A DNA stretch of 64,000 nucleotides, taken from the NCBI GenBank assembly GCA_965220085.1, contig CBDCOZ010000003.1, forward strand, positions 384,001 through 448,000, read 5' to 3'. This document shows positions 39,606-49,966 of the stretch, piece by piece (within the stretch, counting starts at the first letter, position 1; each line of letters opens with the position of its first letter). A model generated the notes under the pieces. That model worked only from the letters and a program-made list of their open reading frames with translations, was not told where the DNA came from and did no database searches. The position numbers were made by a program, and so were the translations under genes. Origin of the DNA: Candidatus Oxydemutatoraceae bacterium. GTDB lineage: Bacteria > Pseudomonadota > Gammaproteobacteria > Poriferisulfidales > Oxydemutatoraceae.

Positions 39606-40253
39606 ATGCCGACCGATACGCTCAGAATTACCGAGATATTTTATTCGTTGCAGGGTGAGTCGGTTTCTGCCGGCATACCGACCGTATTCATCCGCTTGAC
39701 CGGTTGCCCCTTGCGTTGTCGCTACTGCGACACCGCGTATGCGTTCCATGGCGGCACAACGATGGATGTCGCGCGGGTATTGCGCCGGGTCAAGGGCTAC
39801 GGCGCATCACACGCAACGGTTACCGGCGGCGAGCCTTTGGCGCAACCGGCCTGTCTGCCCTTGCTCGGCGGCCTCTGCGATGCGTCTTATGCGGTGTCAT
39901 TGGAGACGGGGGGCATGACGGACATTGCCGATGTGGATTCGCGGGTATCCATTGTGATGGACATCAAGACCCCGGCCTCGGGCGAGGAAGCGCGCAATCG
40001 ATATCAGAATATCGGCTTGCTCGGCGACAAAGATCAAGTCAAGTTTGTCATCGTCAATCGGAGCGATTACGACTGGGCAAAAGAAATCCTTTCCGACTAC
40101 AATTTGTCCGAGCGTTGTTGCGTTTTGTTCTCGCCGAGTTGGGGCGAGCAAGATGCGGCCGAGCTCGGCCAATGGGTGTTGCGCGACCGCCTCCCCGTCC
40201 GTTTGCAATTGCAGTTGCACAAGGTCTTGTGGGGCGATCAGAGGGGACGGTGA
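39606..40253 (+). CDS. queE: 7-carboxy-7-deazaguanine synthase
   Basis: EIFYSLQGE, GCPLRCRYCDT, TGGEP, QLHK. Confidence 0.96.
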   Translation: MPTDTLRITEIFYSLQGESVSAGIPTVFIRLTGCPLRCRYCDTAYAFHGGTTMDVARVLRRVKGYGASHATVTGGEPLAQPACLPLLGGLCDASYAVSLETGGMTDIADVDSRVSIVMDIKTPASGEEARNRYQNIGLLGDKDQVKFVIVNRSDYDWAKEILSDYNLSERCCVLFSPSWGEQDAAELGQWVLRDRLPVRLQLQLHKVLWGDQRGR

Positions 40254-40292
40254 TGGGCGAACTATGCGGCATAATCGGCGGGGCGGGGTGAG

Positions 40293-40991
40293 ATGGCGGG
40301 CGCTGCGGTGGTGCTATTATCGGGCGGCTTGGATTCGGCGACGGCGCTCGCTATTGCCAAGGCCGACGGCAAAACCTGCCATGCTTTGAGCATCGCCTAT
40401 GGCCAAAGACACATCGCCGAGGTCGCCGCCGCCCGGCGCGTTGCCCGCCACATCGGCGTGGCCGAACACAAGGCGCTGGAGATCGATCTGGCGGATATCG
40501 GTCGTTGCGCCTTGACCGACAAAACGCTTCCCGTTCCGACCGGGCCGCAAGAGGGCATTCCGCCGACTTATGTTCCGGCGCGCAATACGATTTTCTTATC
40601 GCTGGCATTGGCGTGGGCCGAGACGCTGCGTTGTGATGCGGTGTATATCGGCATCAATGCGATAGATTACTCGGGTTACCCCGATTGCAGACCGCGGTTC
40701 ATACGCGCCTTTCAAGACCTTGCCGATCTGGCGACACAAGCCGGAGCGGAAGGGCGCGGTTGTCGAATCGTCGCGCCGCTGCTTTTGCTCGGCAAGGCGG
40801 ATATCATCCGCCAAGGCGCGCAACTCGGAGTGGATTACTCCCTGACGGTTTCTTGCTATCAGGCCGACAGCGAAGGGCGGGCTTGCGGACAATGCGATGC
40901 GTGTTGTTTGCGCAAACAGGGTTTTGCCCAAGCGGGGATACCCGATCCGACTGTGTATCTGAATGATGCCGGAAATACGCCGGATTCCTGA
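40293..40991 (+). CDS. queC: 7-cyano-7-deazaguanine synthase
   Basis: [28 protein letters not shown]. Confidence 0.96.
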   Translation: MAGAAVVLLSGGLDSATALAIAKADGKTCHALSIAYGQRHIAEVAAARRVARHIGVAEHKALEIDLADIGRCALTDKTLPVPTGPQEGIPPTYVPARNTIFLSLALAWAETLRCDAVYIGINAIDYSGYPDCRPRFIRAFQDLADLATQAGAEGRGCRIVAPLLLLGKADIIRQGAQLGVDYSLTVSCYQADSEGRACGQCDACCLRKQGFAQAGIPDPTVYLNDAGNTPDS

Positions 40992-41196
40992 TAGCAGATC
41001 CGTCATGACTGATGCCGGAAATATGCCGGATTCCTTGTATCCGCACGGCATGCGACAGCAACACATCGGCTACGGCATCGCAGATTCCTAATAAAATGGC
41101 TATTTTCGCCGCAAAGGAGGCATCTCTATGAGCCCTGAGACCAAACCTGAAGCCCTGCCCCAGATGCCCGATATTCATGGCCTCAAACGGGCGCTT

Positions 41197-41445
41197 GCAT
41201 GATTTGCACTTTGTGGTATAGTGCGACACTTAAACAATCCACAAGCAACTGAGTGTTGTTTGTGTGCATATATCGTATAATTACATTTGCTAGAAACAGG
41301 AGATCAGACATTTGTAGATGACTTGCATTTTGTGGCAGCGTACAGCACTAAGAGTGCCAACACTAAACAATCCACAAACAGTTAAATATTGTTTGTGTGC
41401 ATACACTGTGCAACTGCATCCGCTAGAAACAGGAGACATGCCATC
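41197..41445 (+). promoter_or_regulatory. Tandemly duplicated upstream region, each copy with a CACAA(A/G)CA-N9-TGTTTGTG palindrome and GCTAGAAACAGGAGA RBS
   Basis: Two diverged ~120-130 bp copies; palindromes at 41240-41264 and 41373-41397. Confidence 0.65.
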
Positions 41446-42633
41446 ATGATAAATACTATAAATCAAAAAATATTTAATACTACCCCCCCCCCCCCCCCCC
41501 CCCGCTGGCGGACAACGCTAACCCGGCTTAGCCTCTGGCCGCTGGCCCTGCTGGCGGCGGCCCTGTTTGTTCTCTGCGCTCAGGCGCAGGCGCAGACCAA
41601 CACTGCCGCCACCGGCGTACCGGCAGTCACTGATACTGACAGCGGCACTGACTTGACCATGGATGGTCCCAATGAGGACAGCGTACTCACCGTAGCCCAA
41701 GGCACCATAGCTGATGACGATGGCATAACCACATTCACGCCCACCTGGGCCTGGTATGAGGCCGATGCCCCGGCCAGCGGCACCCCCATGGACAGCGCCT
41801 ACTCCGCCATAGCCGGGGCCACCGCCGCCGCTTTCACGCCACTGCAGGAGCATGTGGGCAAGTTTCTGCGCGTCTGCGCCGCCTTTGAGGATGACGATGG
41901 CAACGACGAGACCCGTTGCTGGACCTCCGTTGCGGCGGTGGCCAACACCAATGATGTCAACTCCCTGCCCAGCAGCGTTGATTTCGCCATTGGTCGCACA
42001 TCCCGCTTTCGCCTGAGTGACTTTCGTCACGAAGACGAGGAGGGCGATGATTATGAGATAGATACTTTGATACTGACGGAAGTGCCCGTGCGCGCTCTCA
42101 GAGCTAATGGAAGAATAAATCTTGGATCGACCATATCTTTATTCCCAAGAGACTTCGCTTCAAACAGCGGCGCACTCACATACACACCGCCCGACACAGC
42201 CACGGTCGGCAGCAATCGCCTCAGCTTTAAATTCCAGATGTTTGACACCGGCCCCCCCGCCCTTCAATCGGGACCCCCCGCCGCCATGACCATCAACCTG
42301 GTGGCCAACAGTGCGCCCGATTTTGGCGATGCAGCGGTGGGCACCCGTATTTGGCCGCCCGGCACGACGACCGCGCCTCTGATATTGCCCGCAGCCACCG
42401 GCGGCAATGGCGCCATCACCTACGGCATAAGCCCGGCCCTGCCCGACGGCCTCGCCTTTGATGCCGACACTCGCACCATCAGCGGCACACCCACGGCGGT
42501 ATCCGCCGTCGCCGAATACACCCTCACCGCCGCCGATGCGGATGACGACGAGGCCACGCTGACCTTCGGCATAGACCCGATGCACCCCGTGCGCTTGCGC
42601 TTGCGCCTCTTCCTGGAAGGGCCGTTGCGGTAA
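41446..42633 (+). CDS. Secreted Ig-like protein with RLRLRLFLEGPLR tail (paralog 3; poly-C tract; A-B-putative Ig (He_PIG-like)-tail)
   Basis: ATG after AGGAGA; ~C21 tract at 41483-41503; LFVLCAQAQAQ signal; LPDGLAFDADTRTISGTPT Ig motif. Confidence 0.85.
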   Translation: MINTINQKIFNTTPPPPPPRWRTTLTRLSLWPLALLAAALFVLCAQAQAQTNTAATGVPAVTDTDSGTDLTMDGPNEDSVLTVAQGTIADDDGITTFTPTWAWYEADAPASGTPMDSAYSAIAGATAAAFTPLQEHVGKFLRVCAAFEDDDGNDETRCWTSVAAVANTNDVNSLPSSVDFAIGRTSRFRLSDFRHEDEEGDDYEIDTLILTEVPVRALRANGRINLGSTISLFPRDFASNSGALTYTPPDTATVGSNRLSFKFQMFDTGPPALQSGPPAAMTINLVANSAPDFGDAAVGTRIWPPGTTTAPLILPAATGGNGAITYGISPALPDGLAFDADTRTISGTPTAVSAVAEYTLTAADADDDEATLTFGIDPMHPVRLRLRLFLEGPLR

Positions 42634-42674
42634 CGGAAACACGCTTTATACACAAACCACACAGGAGTCATACG

Positions 42675-44162
42675 ATGAACAGACGAATTTTTAATACTGC
42701 CCCGCATTGGCGGGCAACACTCGCCCGGCTTGGCCTCCGGTCACTTATTCTGCCGGCCCTGTTTGTTCTCTGCGCTCAGGCGCAGGCGCAGAACGCCACC
42801 GGGGAACCGGGCGTCACGGCGGCCGACAGCGCCGACTTGACCATGGTCGGCCCGAATGAGGACAGCGCACTGACCGCCGCCCGTGGCGACATAGCCGACA
42901 CCGATGGCATCACCACATTCACGCCCGCCTGGGCCTGGCATGAGGGCGACACCGCCGATGGCGACTTCACCGCCATAGCCGGGGCCGCCGCCGCCACTTT
43001 CACCCCCCTGCAGGCCCATGTCGGCAAGTTCATCCGCGCCTGTGCCACCTTTGACGATGACGACAGCAACAGCGAGACCCGATGCTGGACCTCCGTCGCC
43101 GCTGTGGTCAATGTCAACGATATACCAGTTGGCCTGCCAAATACCATTTATGTGCCGGCGGGCGGCAGTTACACTTTCTCGGTGGACGACTTTCCCGTTA
43201 CTGATGAGGATGGCGACAGTCTGGTCATAGCGGGAGTGGCCAGGGCCTCCAAAGGCTCTCTTACCTTCAACGGCAATCCAATCACCTCGGCCTTGGTTGA
43301 TTTCACGGCCGCCCGACTGACAGCCGGCGCATTTGGCTACACGCCGCCCTCCGATGCGGGGCCCATGTCCGGCTATGCCACCTTTGAGTGGATTCCAACC
43401 ACCAAGGACAACTCAGCCGGCAACGTCGGTACAGTAACAGTAGCTACCACCATAGATCTGGTGTCGGCCACGGCATCGGCGGCCATGGGCGAACCGGCGG
43501 TGACGGCTACAACGGGCACCGCCCACCGCGAAGGTGTGGAACTGACCGCCAGCACAGGCACCGTGACCGATGCTAACGGCATCCCCACCCACACCCGTAT
43601 CTGGCAATGGCAACAGTCCGACGTCCGGGCCGGTCCATACGCCGACATCCCCGGGGCCGCCGCTGTCACCTTCACTCCCGCACGGGCCCATGTCGGCCGA
43701 TACATCCGCGTCTGCCTCAGTTTCACCGATGCCATAGACACCGCCGAGACCCGCTGCTCCGCTGGCAACGTCATCGCCTATGTCAATTCGGTGAGTGTGC
43801 CGACTGCCGCCGACGAATCAGAGCCCTATATTTTCAAGCCATCCGACTTCATGTTCCCGGGCGATGTCGGCAACCTGCAAAGCGTAACCATACGCACCGC
43901 CATAGCATCCGACAAGGGCATATTGCGCAACGGCGCCACCGCAGTGACCGCCGGCGCCACAGTGACCGCCGCCGCCCTGCGCAACGGCGACCTCACTTTC
44001 TATCCCGCGGGCAGATTCGCCGCCACCCCCAACTACGCCAGTTTCACCTTCACCGTGAACTATGGCGGCGGCATAAACACCGGAATCCGCACCATGAACA
44101 TACATCTGACGGAGCGCCTGCGCTTGCGCTTGCGCCTTTTCCTGGAAGGCCCGTTGCGATAG
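42675..44162 (+). CDS. Secreted Ig/cadherin-like protein with RLRLRLFLEGPLR tail (paralog 4; A-B-A-B-tail)
   Basis: AGGAG RBS; LFVLCAQAQAQ signal; module order as in paralog 1. Confidence 0.88.
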   Translation: MNRRIFNTAPHWRATLARLGLRSLILPALFVLCAQAQAQNATGEPGVTAADSADLTMVGPNEDSALTAARGDIADTDGITTFTPAWAWHEGDTADGDFTAIAGAAAATFTPLQAHVGKFIRACATFDDDDSNSETRCWTSVAAVVNVNDIPVGLPNTIYVPAGGSYTFSVDDFPVTDEDGDSLVIAGVARASKGSLTFNGNPITSALVDFTAARLTAGAFGYTPPSDAGPMSGYATFEWIPTTKDNSAGNVGTVTVATTIDLVSATASAAMGEPAVTATTGTAHREGVELTASTGTVTDANGIPTHTRIWQWQQSDVRAGPYADIPGAAAVTFTPARAHVGRYIRVCLSFTDAIDTAETRCSAGNVIAYVNSVSVPTAADESEPYIFKPSDFMFPGDVGNLQSVTIRTAIASDKGILRNGATAVTAGATVTAAALRNGDLTFYPAGRFAATPNYASFTFTVNYGGGINTGIRTMNIHLTERLRLRLRLFLEGPLR

Positions 44163-44167
44163 CGCAA

Positions 44168-44205
44168 GCAACCCACAGCGGAGCAGGGGAGCGCTGTGGG
44201 GTTGC
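44168..44205 (+). terminator. Hairpin downstream of paralog 4
   Basis: GCAACCCACAGCG...CGCTGTGGGGTTGC inverted repeat; no U-tract. Confidence 0.4.
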
Positions 44206-44256
44206 AAAGGATGAGAATATCGCAAATTGTTCTATAATCGCCATACCAAACAATCT

Positions 44257-45480
44257 ATGATGATGGACCTGACTCTTTTCGAACAAGTTTTGCTGTGGGG
44301 ATTCGTAATCGCCATAGTCATGGGCGCGGTGACTTCCAAGACCAATTTCTGCACGATGGGCGCGGTGTCGGACTGGATCAATATCGCCGATACCGGGCGC
44401 TTGCGGGCGTGGCTGTTCTCTATTGCGGTGGCGATACTTGGCGTCGCCGCATTGGACAGTGCGGCGGTTGTTGACATGACGTTGGCCGATAGCGGCGAGA
44501 CGGGCAAGCCGCCATACGGCGCTCCGCAGTTTGTCTGGTTGCGTTACGTTCTCGGCGGTTTGTTGTTTGGCATCGGCATGACGCTCGGCTCGGGCTGCGG
44601 TAACAAGACGCTGATCCGGATCGGCGGAGGCAATTTGAAGTCCGTCGTTGTCTTTCTTGCGATGGGCGTCGGCGCATACCTGATGATATATACCGACTTC
44701 GGTCATATCGCGTTCATCGGTTGGATGCCGGTGATGGACCTGGGGTCTTTTGGCTTGACGAGTCAGGGGGTTGACGAGATTCTCATGCGTTCCGCGGGCG
44801 GCGAAAGAGCCGCATGGGGATATATCACGCCGCTTGTGATAGGTGTCTTACTGCTCATGATAGCGTTTGCCTCAGCCGACTTTCGCAAGCAACCCGACAA
44901 CATGCTCGGCGGCGCGGTCGTCGGTCTTGCGGTGGTCGCCGCCTGGTATGTGACCGCCGGTCCGCTTGGGCAGACTTTGCTGGAGGAACTCGCTTTCTTG
45001 GATACGCCGCCGTACGATGCCGGGGCGCAATCGTTTACTTTTGTTAAGCCGAGCGGGCAGTTTTTCTATTGGTTGCAGGAAGGTTTCTCCCTGTCTTATT
45101 TAAGCTTTGCGTTGGTTGCCGGGTTTGGCGTCATTGTCGGGTCATTTTTGTATTCGGCGCTGAGCGGCGGCTTGCGTTTGGAAAAGTTTGCCGATGGCGC
45201 CGATTTTCTTCGGCACTTAATCGGCGGTCTGATGATGGGTATCGGCGGCGTGCTGTCGCTCGGGTGTACTTTTGGGCAAGCGATTACGGGCGCGTCCACG
45301 CTTGCCGTCGGTTCGTTCGTCACCTTTGTGTTCATCGTGTTTGGCGCCGCCGTCGCGCTGAAGTTTCAGTATTATCAGATGGTTTACGGGAGCGACACCA
45401 CGGTGTTCAAAACCTTGCTTACGGTATTTGCGGATTTTCGCCTCGTGCCGTCGTCTTGGCGCAAGTTGGAGAGCATCTGA
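44257..45480 (+). CDS. YeeE/YedE family sulfur-compound transporter
   Basis: TNFCTMGA, GMTLGSGC, LSLGCTFGQ Cys motifs; multiple transmembrane helices. Confidence 0.9.
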   Translation: MMMDLTLFEQVLLWGFVIAIVMGAVTSKTNFCTMGAVSDWINIADTGRLRAWLFSIAVAILGVAALDSAAVVDMTLADSGETGKPPYGAPQFVWLRYVLGGLLFGIGMTLGSGCGNKTLIRIGGGNLKSVVVFLAMGVGAYLMIYTDFGHIAFIGWMPVMDLGSFGLTSQGVDEILMRSAGGERAAWGYITPLVIGVLLLMIAFASADFRKQPDNMLGGAVVGLAVVAAWYVTAGPLGQTLLEELAFLDTPPYDAGAQSFTFVKPSGQFFYWLQEGFSLSYLSFALVAGFGVIVGSFLYSALSGGLRLEKFADGADFLRHLIGGLMMGIGGVLSLGCTFGQAITGASTLAVGSFVTFVFIVFGAAVALKFQYYQMVYGSDTTVFKTLLTVFADFRLVPSSWRKLESI

Positions 45481-45597
45481 GGCGCGAACAAAGCGCGGGA
45501 ATCGCCGCGCCTTCTGTCAAACGATGCGGCGTTGCGGCTTGGATTTTTGCCCCTCCCAACATAGAATAGCCCCTCCCCGCTCAAAGGGGCAGCCGAC

Positions 45598-45673
45598 GGG
45601 TCGTTAGCTCAGCTGGCAGAGCACCGGACTTTTAATCCGATGGTCGCAGGTTCGAGACCTGCACGACCCACCA
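45598..45673 (+). tRNA. tRNA-Lys(TTT)
   Basis: GGGTCGT...ACGACCCACCA, anticodon loop CTTTTAA, GGTTCGA. Confidence 0.96.
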
Positions 45674-45771
45674 TCATTTTGACAGAGCCAATTATTGCCG
45701 AAGTTGTATAATCATGGCGGACGGTTTTATTGATGACCCGACTTTGAAGGTTGTAAGGAGGTATGGAGATT

Positions 45772-47220
45772 ATGGCTGACACACCCGCGCTTGATTTGTC
45801 CAAGCGCCATTTTTTGGAGCCTGCCGAGCTCGATGAGGCGGGCTTGCTCGATTTATGCGGTTCGCTTGCGGGGGCAAGCGTCGATGATGCGGAACTGTAT
45901 TTTCAGTATGCCCGCAGCGAGTCTTGGGCGCTGGAGGATGGCATCGTAAAAGACGGTTCGTTCGATATCAGAAAGGGGGTCGGCGTACGGGTCATCGTCG
46001 GCGAGAAATCGGGTTTTGCTTACTCCGATGAGATTGCGCTGGCGGCTTTGGCCGATGCGGGGAAGGCCGCTCGCAGTATCGCTCATAGCGACGGCGGCAA
46101 GAGTGTGCGGGTGCGACAGAGGCTTGCTTCGACCGCGCTGTACGCCGCGGATGATCCGCTCACCGCGATGTCAGCGACCGATAAGGTCGCGCTGCTGCAA
46201 TCCATAGACGCGATGGCAAGGCGCAAAGATTCGCGTGTGAAGCAAGTCATGGCATCGATCAACGGCCTGTATGAAGTGGTTCTGGTGGCAAACGCCGACG
46301 GTCTGTTAGCCGCCGATGTGCGCCCGTTGGTCAGGATAAATGTGTCTGTCATCGCAGAGCGCAACGGCCGGCGCGAGATGGGTCGCGAGGGCGCGGGAGG
46401 TCGCTACGATTATGCCGGTTTGCTCAAGCAGAATGATCCTTCGGGTTTGGTTGACAGGGCGGTTGAGTCGGCATTGATTAATCTGGACTCGGTGGCCGCG
46501 CCGGCCGGCGAGATGGTTGTCGTACTGGGGCCGGGTTGGCCGGGCGTGTTGCTTCACGAAGCCATAGGCCACGGTTTGGAAGGCGACTTTTGTCGCAAGG
46601 GCGTATCAGCTTTTGCCGGGCGCATCGGCGAGAAAGTGGCGGCGCCGGGAGTGACGGTTGTAGACGACGGGACGCTGGCGCACCGCCGGGGCTCGCTCAA
46701 TATGGACGATGAGGGGACTCCGACATCGTGCACGACATTGATAGAAAACGGCGTGCTGAAAGGGTTTATGCAAGACAAACTCAACGCGCATCTGATGGGA
46801 GACAAGCCGACCGGCAACGGCAGACGCGAATCCTATGCGCACCCGACGCTGCCGCGGATGACAAATACCTATATGCTACCGGGGCCGCACTCGCCGCAGG
46901 AAATTATCAAATCGGTCGATAAGGGCGTGTACGCGGCTAATTTCGGCGGCGGACAGGTGGACATTACCTCCGGCAAGTTTGTGTTTTCCGCGAGCGAGGC
47001 CTATGCGATTGAGGGCGGTCAAATCGGGGCGCCGCTCAAGGGGATGTCCTTAATCGGCAACGGGCCGGATGTTCTGACCCGCGTGACGATGGTCGGCAAT
47101 GACTTGCGCCTCGATGCCGGAATCGGCGTGTGCGGCAAGAACGGACAGATGTTGCCGGTCGGAGTCGGGCAGCCGACTTTGCGCATAGACGGTGTGACGG
47201 TCGGGGGGACGGATGCATGA
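45772..47220 (+). CDS. tldD: Metalloprotease TldD
   Basis: GWPGVLLHEAIGHGLEGD, PRMTNTYM, CGKNGQ..PVGVGQP. Confidence 0.96.
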   Translation: MADTPALDLSKRHFLEPAELDEAGLLDLCGSLAGASVDDAELYFQYARSESWALEDGIVKDGSFDIRKGVGVRVIVGEKSGFAYSDEIALAALADAGKAARSIAHSDGGKSVRVRQRLASTALYAADDPLTAMSATDKVALLQSIDAMARRKDSRVKQVMASINGLYEVVLVANADGLLAADVRPLVRINVSVIAERNGRREMGREGAGGRYDYAGLLKQNDPSGLVDRAVESALINLDSVAAPAGEMVVVLGPGWPGVLLHEAIGHGLEGDFCRKGVSAFAGRIGEKVAAPGVTVVDDGTLAHRRGSLNMDDEGTPTSCTTLIENGVLKGFMQDKLNAHLMGDKPTGNGRRESYAHPTLPRMTNTYMLPGPHSPQEIIKSVDKGVYAANFGGGQVDITSGKFVFSASEAYAIEGGQIGAPLKGMSLIGNGPDVLTRVTMVGNDLRLDAGIGVCGKNGQMLPVGVGQPTLRIDGVTVGGTDA

Positions 47221-48560
47221 AACTCGCGGAGTTTGATGTTGCGGCGCTGAAGGACAAATCATGCGCGGCGATTGAGTATGCGTTGTCTTATGCGAAACAA
47301 AAGGGCGCGTCGGCGGCGGAATCGGCGGTAGGCTGCGGGCACGGAATATCGGCGACGGTGCGCTTGGGAGAGATAGAGACGGTAGAGTATGAAGACAATC
47401 AGAGCTTTGATATCACCGTGTACTTCGGCGCCAAAAGAGGCAATGCGTCTTCCTCCGATTTGAGCCGGGAATCCATTGCGGAAAGTGTCGACGCGGCCTG
47501 TGATATCGCCAGATATGTGTGCGAGGACGATTGCGCCGGGCTGGTTGATCGCGATGCGCTGGCTCGGGAAACGCCCGATCTGTCGTTGGATCATCCGTGG
47601 TCGGGAGGGCTTGACCGCGTGCTTGAAATCGCTATGCAGTGCGAGGAAGCCGCTCGTGTCGTCCCGCGGATCATCAACTCTGAGGGGGCCAGCGTCGATA
47701 CGCGCCGTCAGGTCGGGGCCTACGGCAACACGCATGATTTTCTGGCGGCGTATCCCTCCACCATACACGCGATGAGTTGCATTGCGGTTGCGGGAGACGG
47801 CGATGCGATGCAGCGTGATTATTGGTTTGCCTCGCGGCGCAATCCGACGCGTCTGAGCACGCCGCAGGCGGTGGGCAAGCGCGCGGCGGAGTGCGCGGTC
47901 GCGCGTTTGGGCGCGCGCAAACTAAAGAGTTGCAAGGCGACCGTATTGTTTACGCCGCGCACGGCGCGCTTTCTGATCGGGAACTTTCTCGGCGCGATCA
48001 GCGGCGGTTCCCTCTATCGCGGCACCTCGTTCCTGATGGATTCTTTGGACACCCAAGTGTTTCCTTCGTGGCTGCAACTTGACGAAGAGCCGCATTTGCC
48101 CGAGGGACTTTCCAGCGCGGCGTTTGATGCGGAAGGCGCGGCAACCCGCCCGCGCAGAATAGTCGCCGACGGGGTTGTGCGCGGCTATATTCTCGATACG
48201 TACTCGGCGCGGAAACTGGGATTCAAGACAACGGGTAACGCGGGCGGCGCGAGAAATCCCATTCTGCGCGGAGGGGAAGTGCCGTATGATGATTTGGTTG
48301 CGAAAATGGATAACGGGTTGATCGTCGGCGAGTTGATCGGCAACGGCGTGAATGCCACGACCGGAGATTACTCGCAGGGGGTCGCCGGATTCTGGGTAGA
48401 GAATGGCAAGGTCGCTTACCCGGTCGAGGAAGTGACATTGGCGGGTAATCTTCGCGATATGTTTATGTCTATCGCCGGTCTTGGCGATGACCTCGATGAG
48501 GAATCAAATATCCGTTGCGGCTCCGTCTTAATCGAGAATATGACGATCGCCGGCCTTTGA
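47217..48560 (+). CDS. pmbA: Metalloprotease PmbA/TldE
   Basis: VRLGEIETVE, MQRDYW, FDAEG, TTGNAGG, TGDYSQG. Confidence 0.94.
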   Translation: MKLAEFDVAALKDKSCAAIEYALSYAKQKGASAAESAVGCGHGISATVRLGEIETVEYEDNQSFDITVYFGAKRGNASSSDLSRESIAESVDAACDIARYVCEDDCAGLVDRDALARETPDLSLDHPWSGGLDRVLEIAMQCEEAARVVPRIINSEGASVDTRRQVGAYGNTHDFLAAYPSTIHAMSCIAVAGDGDAMQRDYWFASRRNPTRLSTPQAVGKRAAECAVARLGARKLKSCKATVLFTPRTARFLIGNFLGAISGGSLYRGTSFLMDSLDTQVFPSWLQLDEEPHLPEGLSSAAFDAEGAATRPRRIVADGVVRGYILDTYSARKLGFKTTGNAGGARNPILRGGEVPYDDLVAKMDNGLIVGELIGNGVNATTGDYSQGVAGFWVENGKVAYPVEEVTLAGNLRDMFMSIAGLGDDLDEESNIRCGSVLIENMTIAGL

Positions 48561-48618
48561 GGTTTTGACAAGCCGCAGGGTTTTCTCATGCGGCGAATGA
48601 AAAAGGGAGGACGAAACA

Positions 48619-49380
48619 ATGTTAGCTGTTATATCACCGGCAAAAACTTTCGGTCACGGCAAGTGTGCGGTTGCGAACCGCACACAACCGGAGTTTCTGA
48701 ACGAAAGCAATAAGCTCGTTGCCTATTTAAAAAAGATGAATGAAAGCAATCTGCAAAAGTTGATGGGGGTCAGCCGGGCTATCGCAAAACTCAATGCGGA
48801 GCGTTATGCAAATTGGAAAAAATCTTTGCGGGCGGGACAGGCCGAATGCGCCCTGTCCGCTTTTCGCGGCGATGTGTACCGCAGTCTGGATTCGGATTCG
48901 TTTGACAAGAGAGATGTTGAGTTTGCGCAAAAGCATCTCCTGATATTGTCGGGTTTGTATGGCGCGCTGAAGCCGCTGGACCTGATTCAGCCCTATCGGC
49001 TGGAGATGGGGACGCGTCTGAAGACCGAGCGCTGCGATAACCTGTATCAATTCTGGGGCGACAAGGTTACGCAAGCGCTGAACTGCGAATTGCAAAAAGG
49101 CAAACCGAATGTGCTGATCAATCTGGCATCCGAGGAATACTTTCGCGTGATAGACGCGTCTCAACTCAAAGGCAAAATCATTGCGCCGATGTTCAAAGAA
49201 AAACGCGGCGGCGCTTATAAGGCAATCGGTATCATGGCGAAGCGCGCGCGCGGCGCTATGGCGCGCTATATCATAAAGAATCGTCTGCGCACCGTTTCCG
49301 CTATAAAGCAATTTGATTATGACGGCTATGGCTACCGGGATGATTTGTCGGACGATAGTCGGTGGGTGTTCGCGCGTTAA
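48619..49380 (+). CDS. yaaA: Peroxide stress protein YaaA
   Basis: ISPAKT, F.GDVY, LSGLYG.LKPLD...YRLEMG, NLASEEY, AKRARG. Confidence 0.94.
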   Translation: MLAVISPAKTFGHGKCAVANRTQPEFLNESNKLVAYLKKMNESNLQKLMGVSRAIAKLNAERYANWKKSLRAGQAECALSAFRGDVYRSLDSDSFDKRDVEFAQKHLLILSGLYGALKPLDLIQPYRLEMGTRLKTERCDNLYQFWGDKVTQALNCELQKGKPNVLINLASEEYFRVIDASQLKGKIIAPMFKEKRGGAYKAIGIMAKRARGAMARYIIKNRLRTVSAIKQFDYDGYGYRDDLSDDSRWVFAR

Positions 49381-49399
49381 GCGCGCGCCCGCAGTGGCA

Positions 49400-49966
49400 A
49401 TGTGGTCTGAACGGGCAATATTTGTGCTGCGATTGATGTCGCTGAAGGCGGCGCCGCAGGATTATCCCGCTACGTCGCAATCGGTATTATGGGTGGCTGT
49501 GTTGATGTTTGCCGCCAAGATTCTTGCGGTCATGATTCTGGCGGCGATGGTCGGCGAAGCGGACGCGGAGCGGTTGGGGCTGCGACATAATGTCATTTTC
49601 CGCTCGGCTTTTGAAATCGTTTTTCTTATCGTCTTTCTAAAAGCCATGTTGTTGCTGTTTCGTTTTCCCATGCGTTTCCCGCAGACGTTTTGCGCGGTCG
49701 GCGGCGTTGCTATCGGTTTTGGCTTTCTCTTCATACCGATTCAGTATCTGACTCTCGCACAGGGATTGGGTATCGCCGAAGATGCGAACCCCGCCATGTC
49801 GCCGCTGCTGGTCATTGCCTATCTCGCGATGTTTGTTTGGCTTGTAAGAGTTCTCGGCAACATATTTATGCACGCCCTTGAGCTGCGCTTGCTATATGCG
49901 ATCGCCATTACATTTTTGCATATGATTGGCAAAGTGGCAGTGATGGCCGTCATTGGCGGTGTCTAG
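49400..49966 (+). CDS. Hypothetical membrane protein
   Basis: About five hydrophobic segments, APQDYP; upstream of mpl. Confidence 0.7.
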   Translation: MWSERAIFVLRLMSLKAAPQDYPATSQSVLWVAVLMFAAKILAVMILAAMVGEADAERLGLRHNVIFRSAFEIVFLIVFLKAMLLLFRFPMRFPQTFCAVGGVAIGFGFLFIPIQYLTLAQGLGIAEDANPAMSPLLVIAYLAMFVWLVRVLGNIFMHALELRLLYAIAITFLHMIGKVAVMAVIGGV

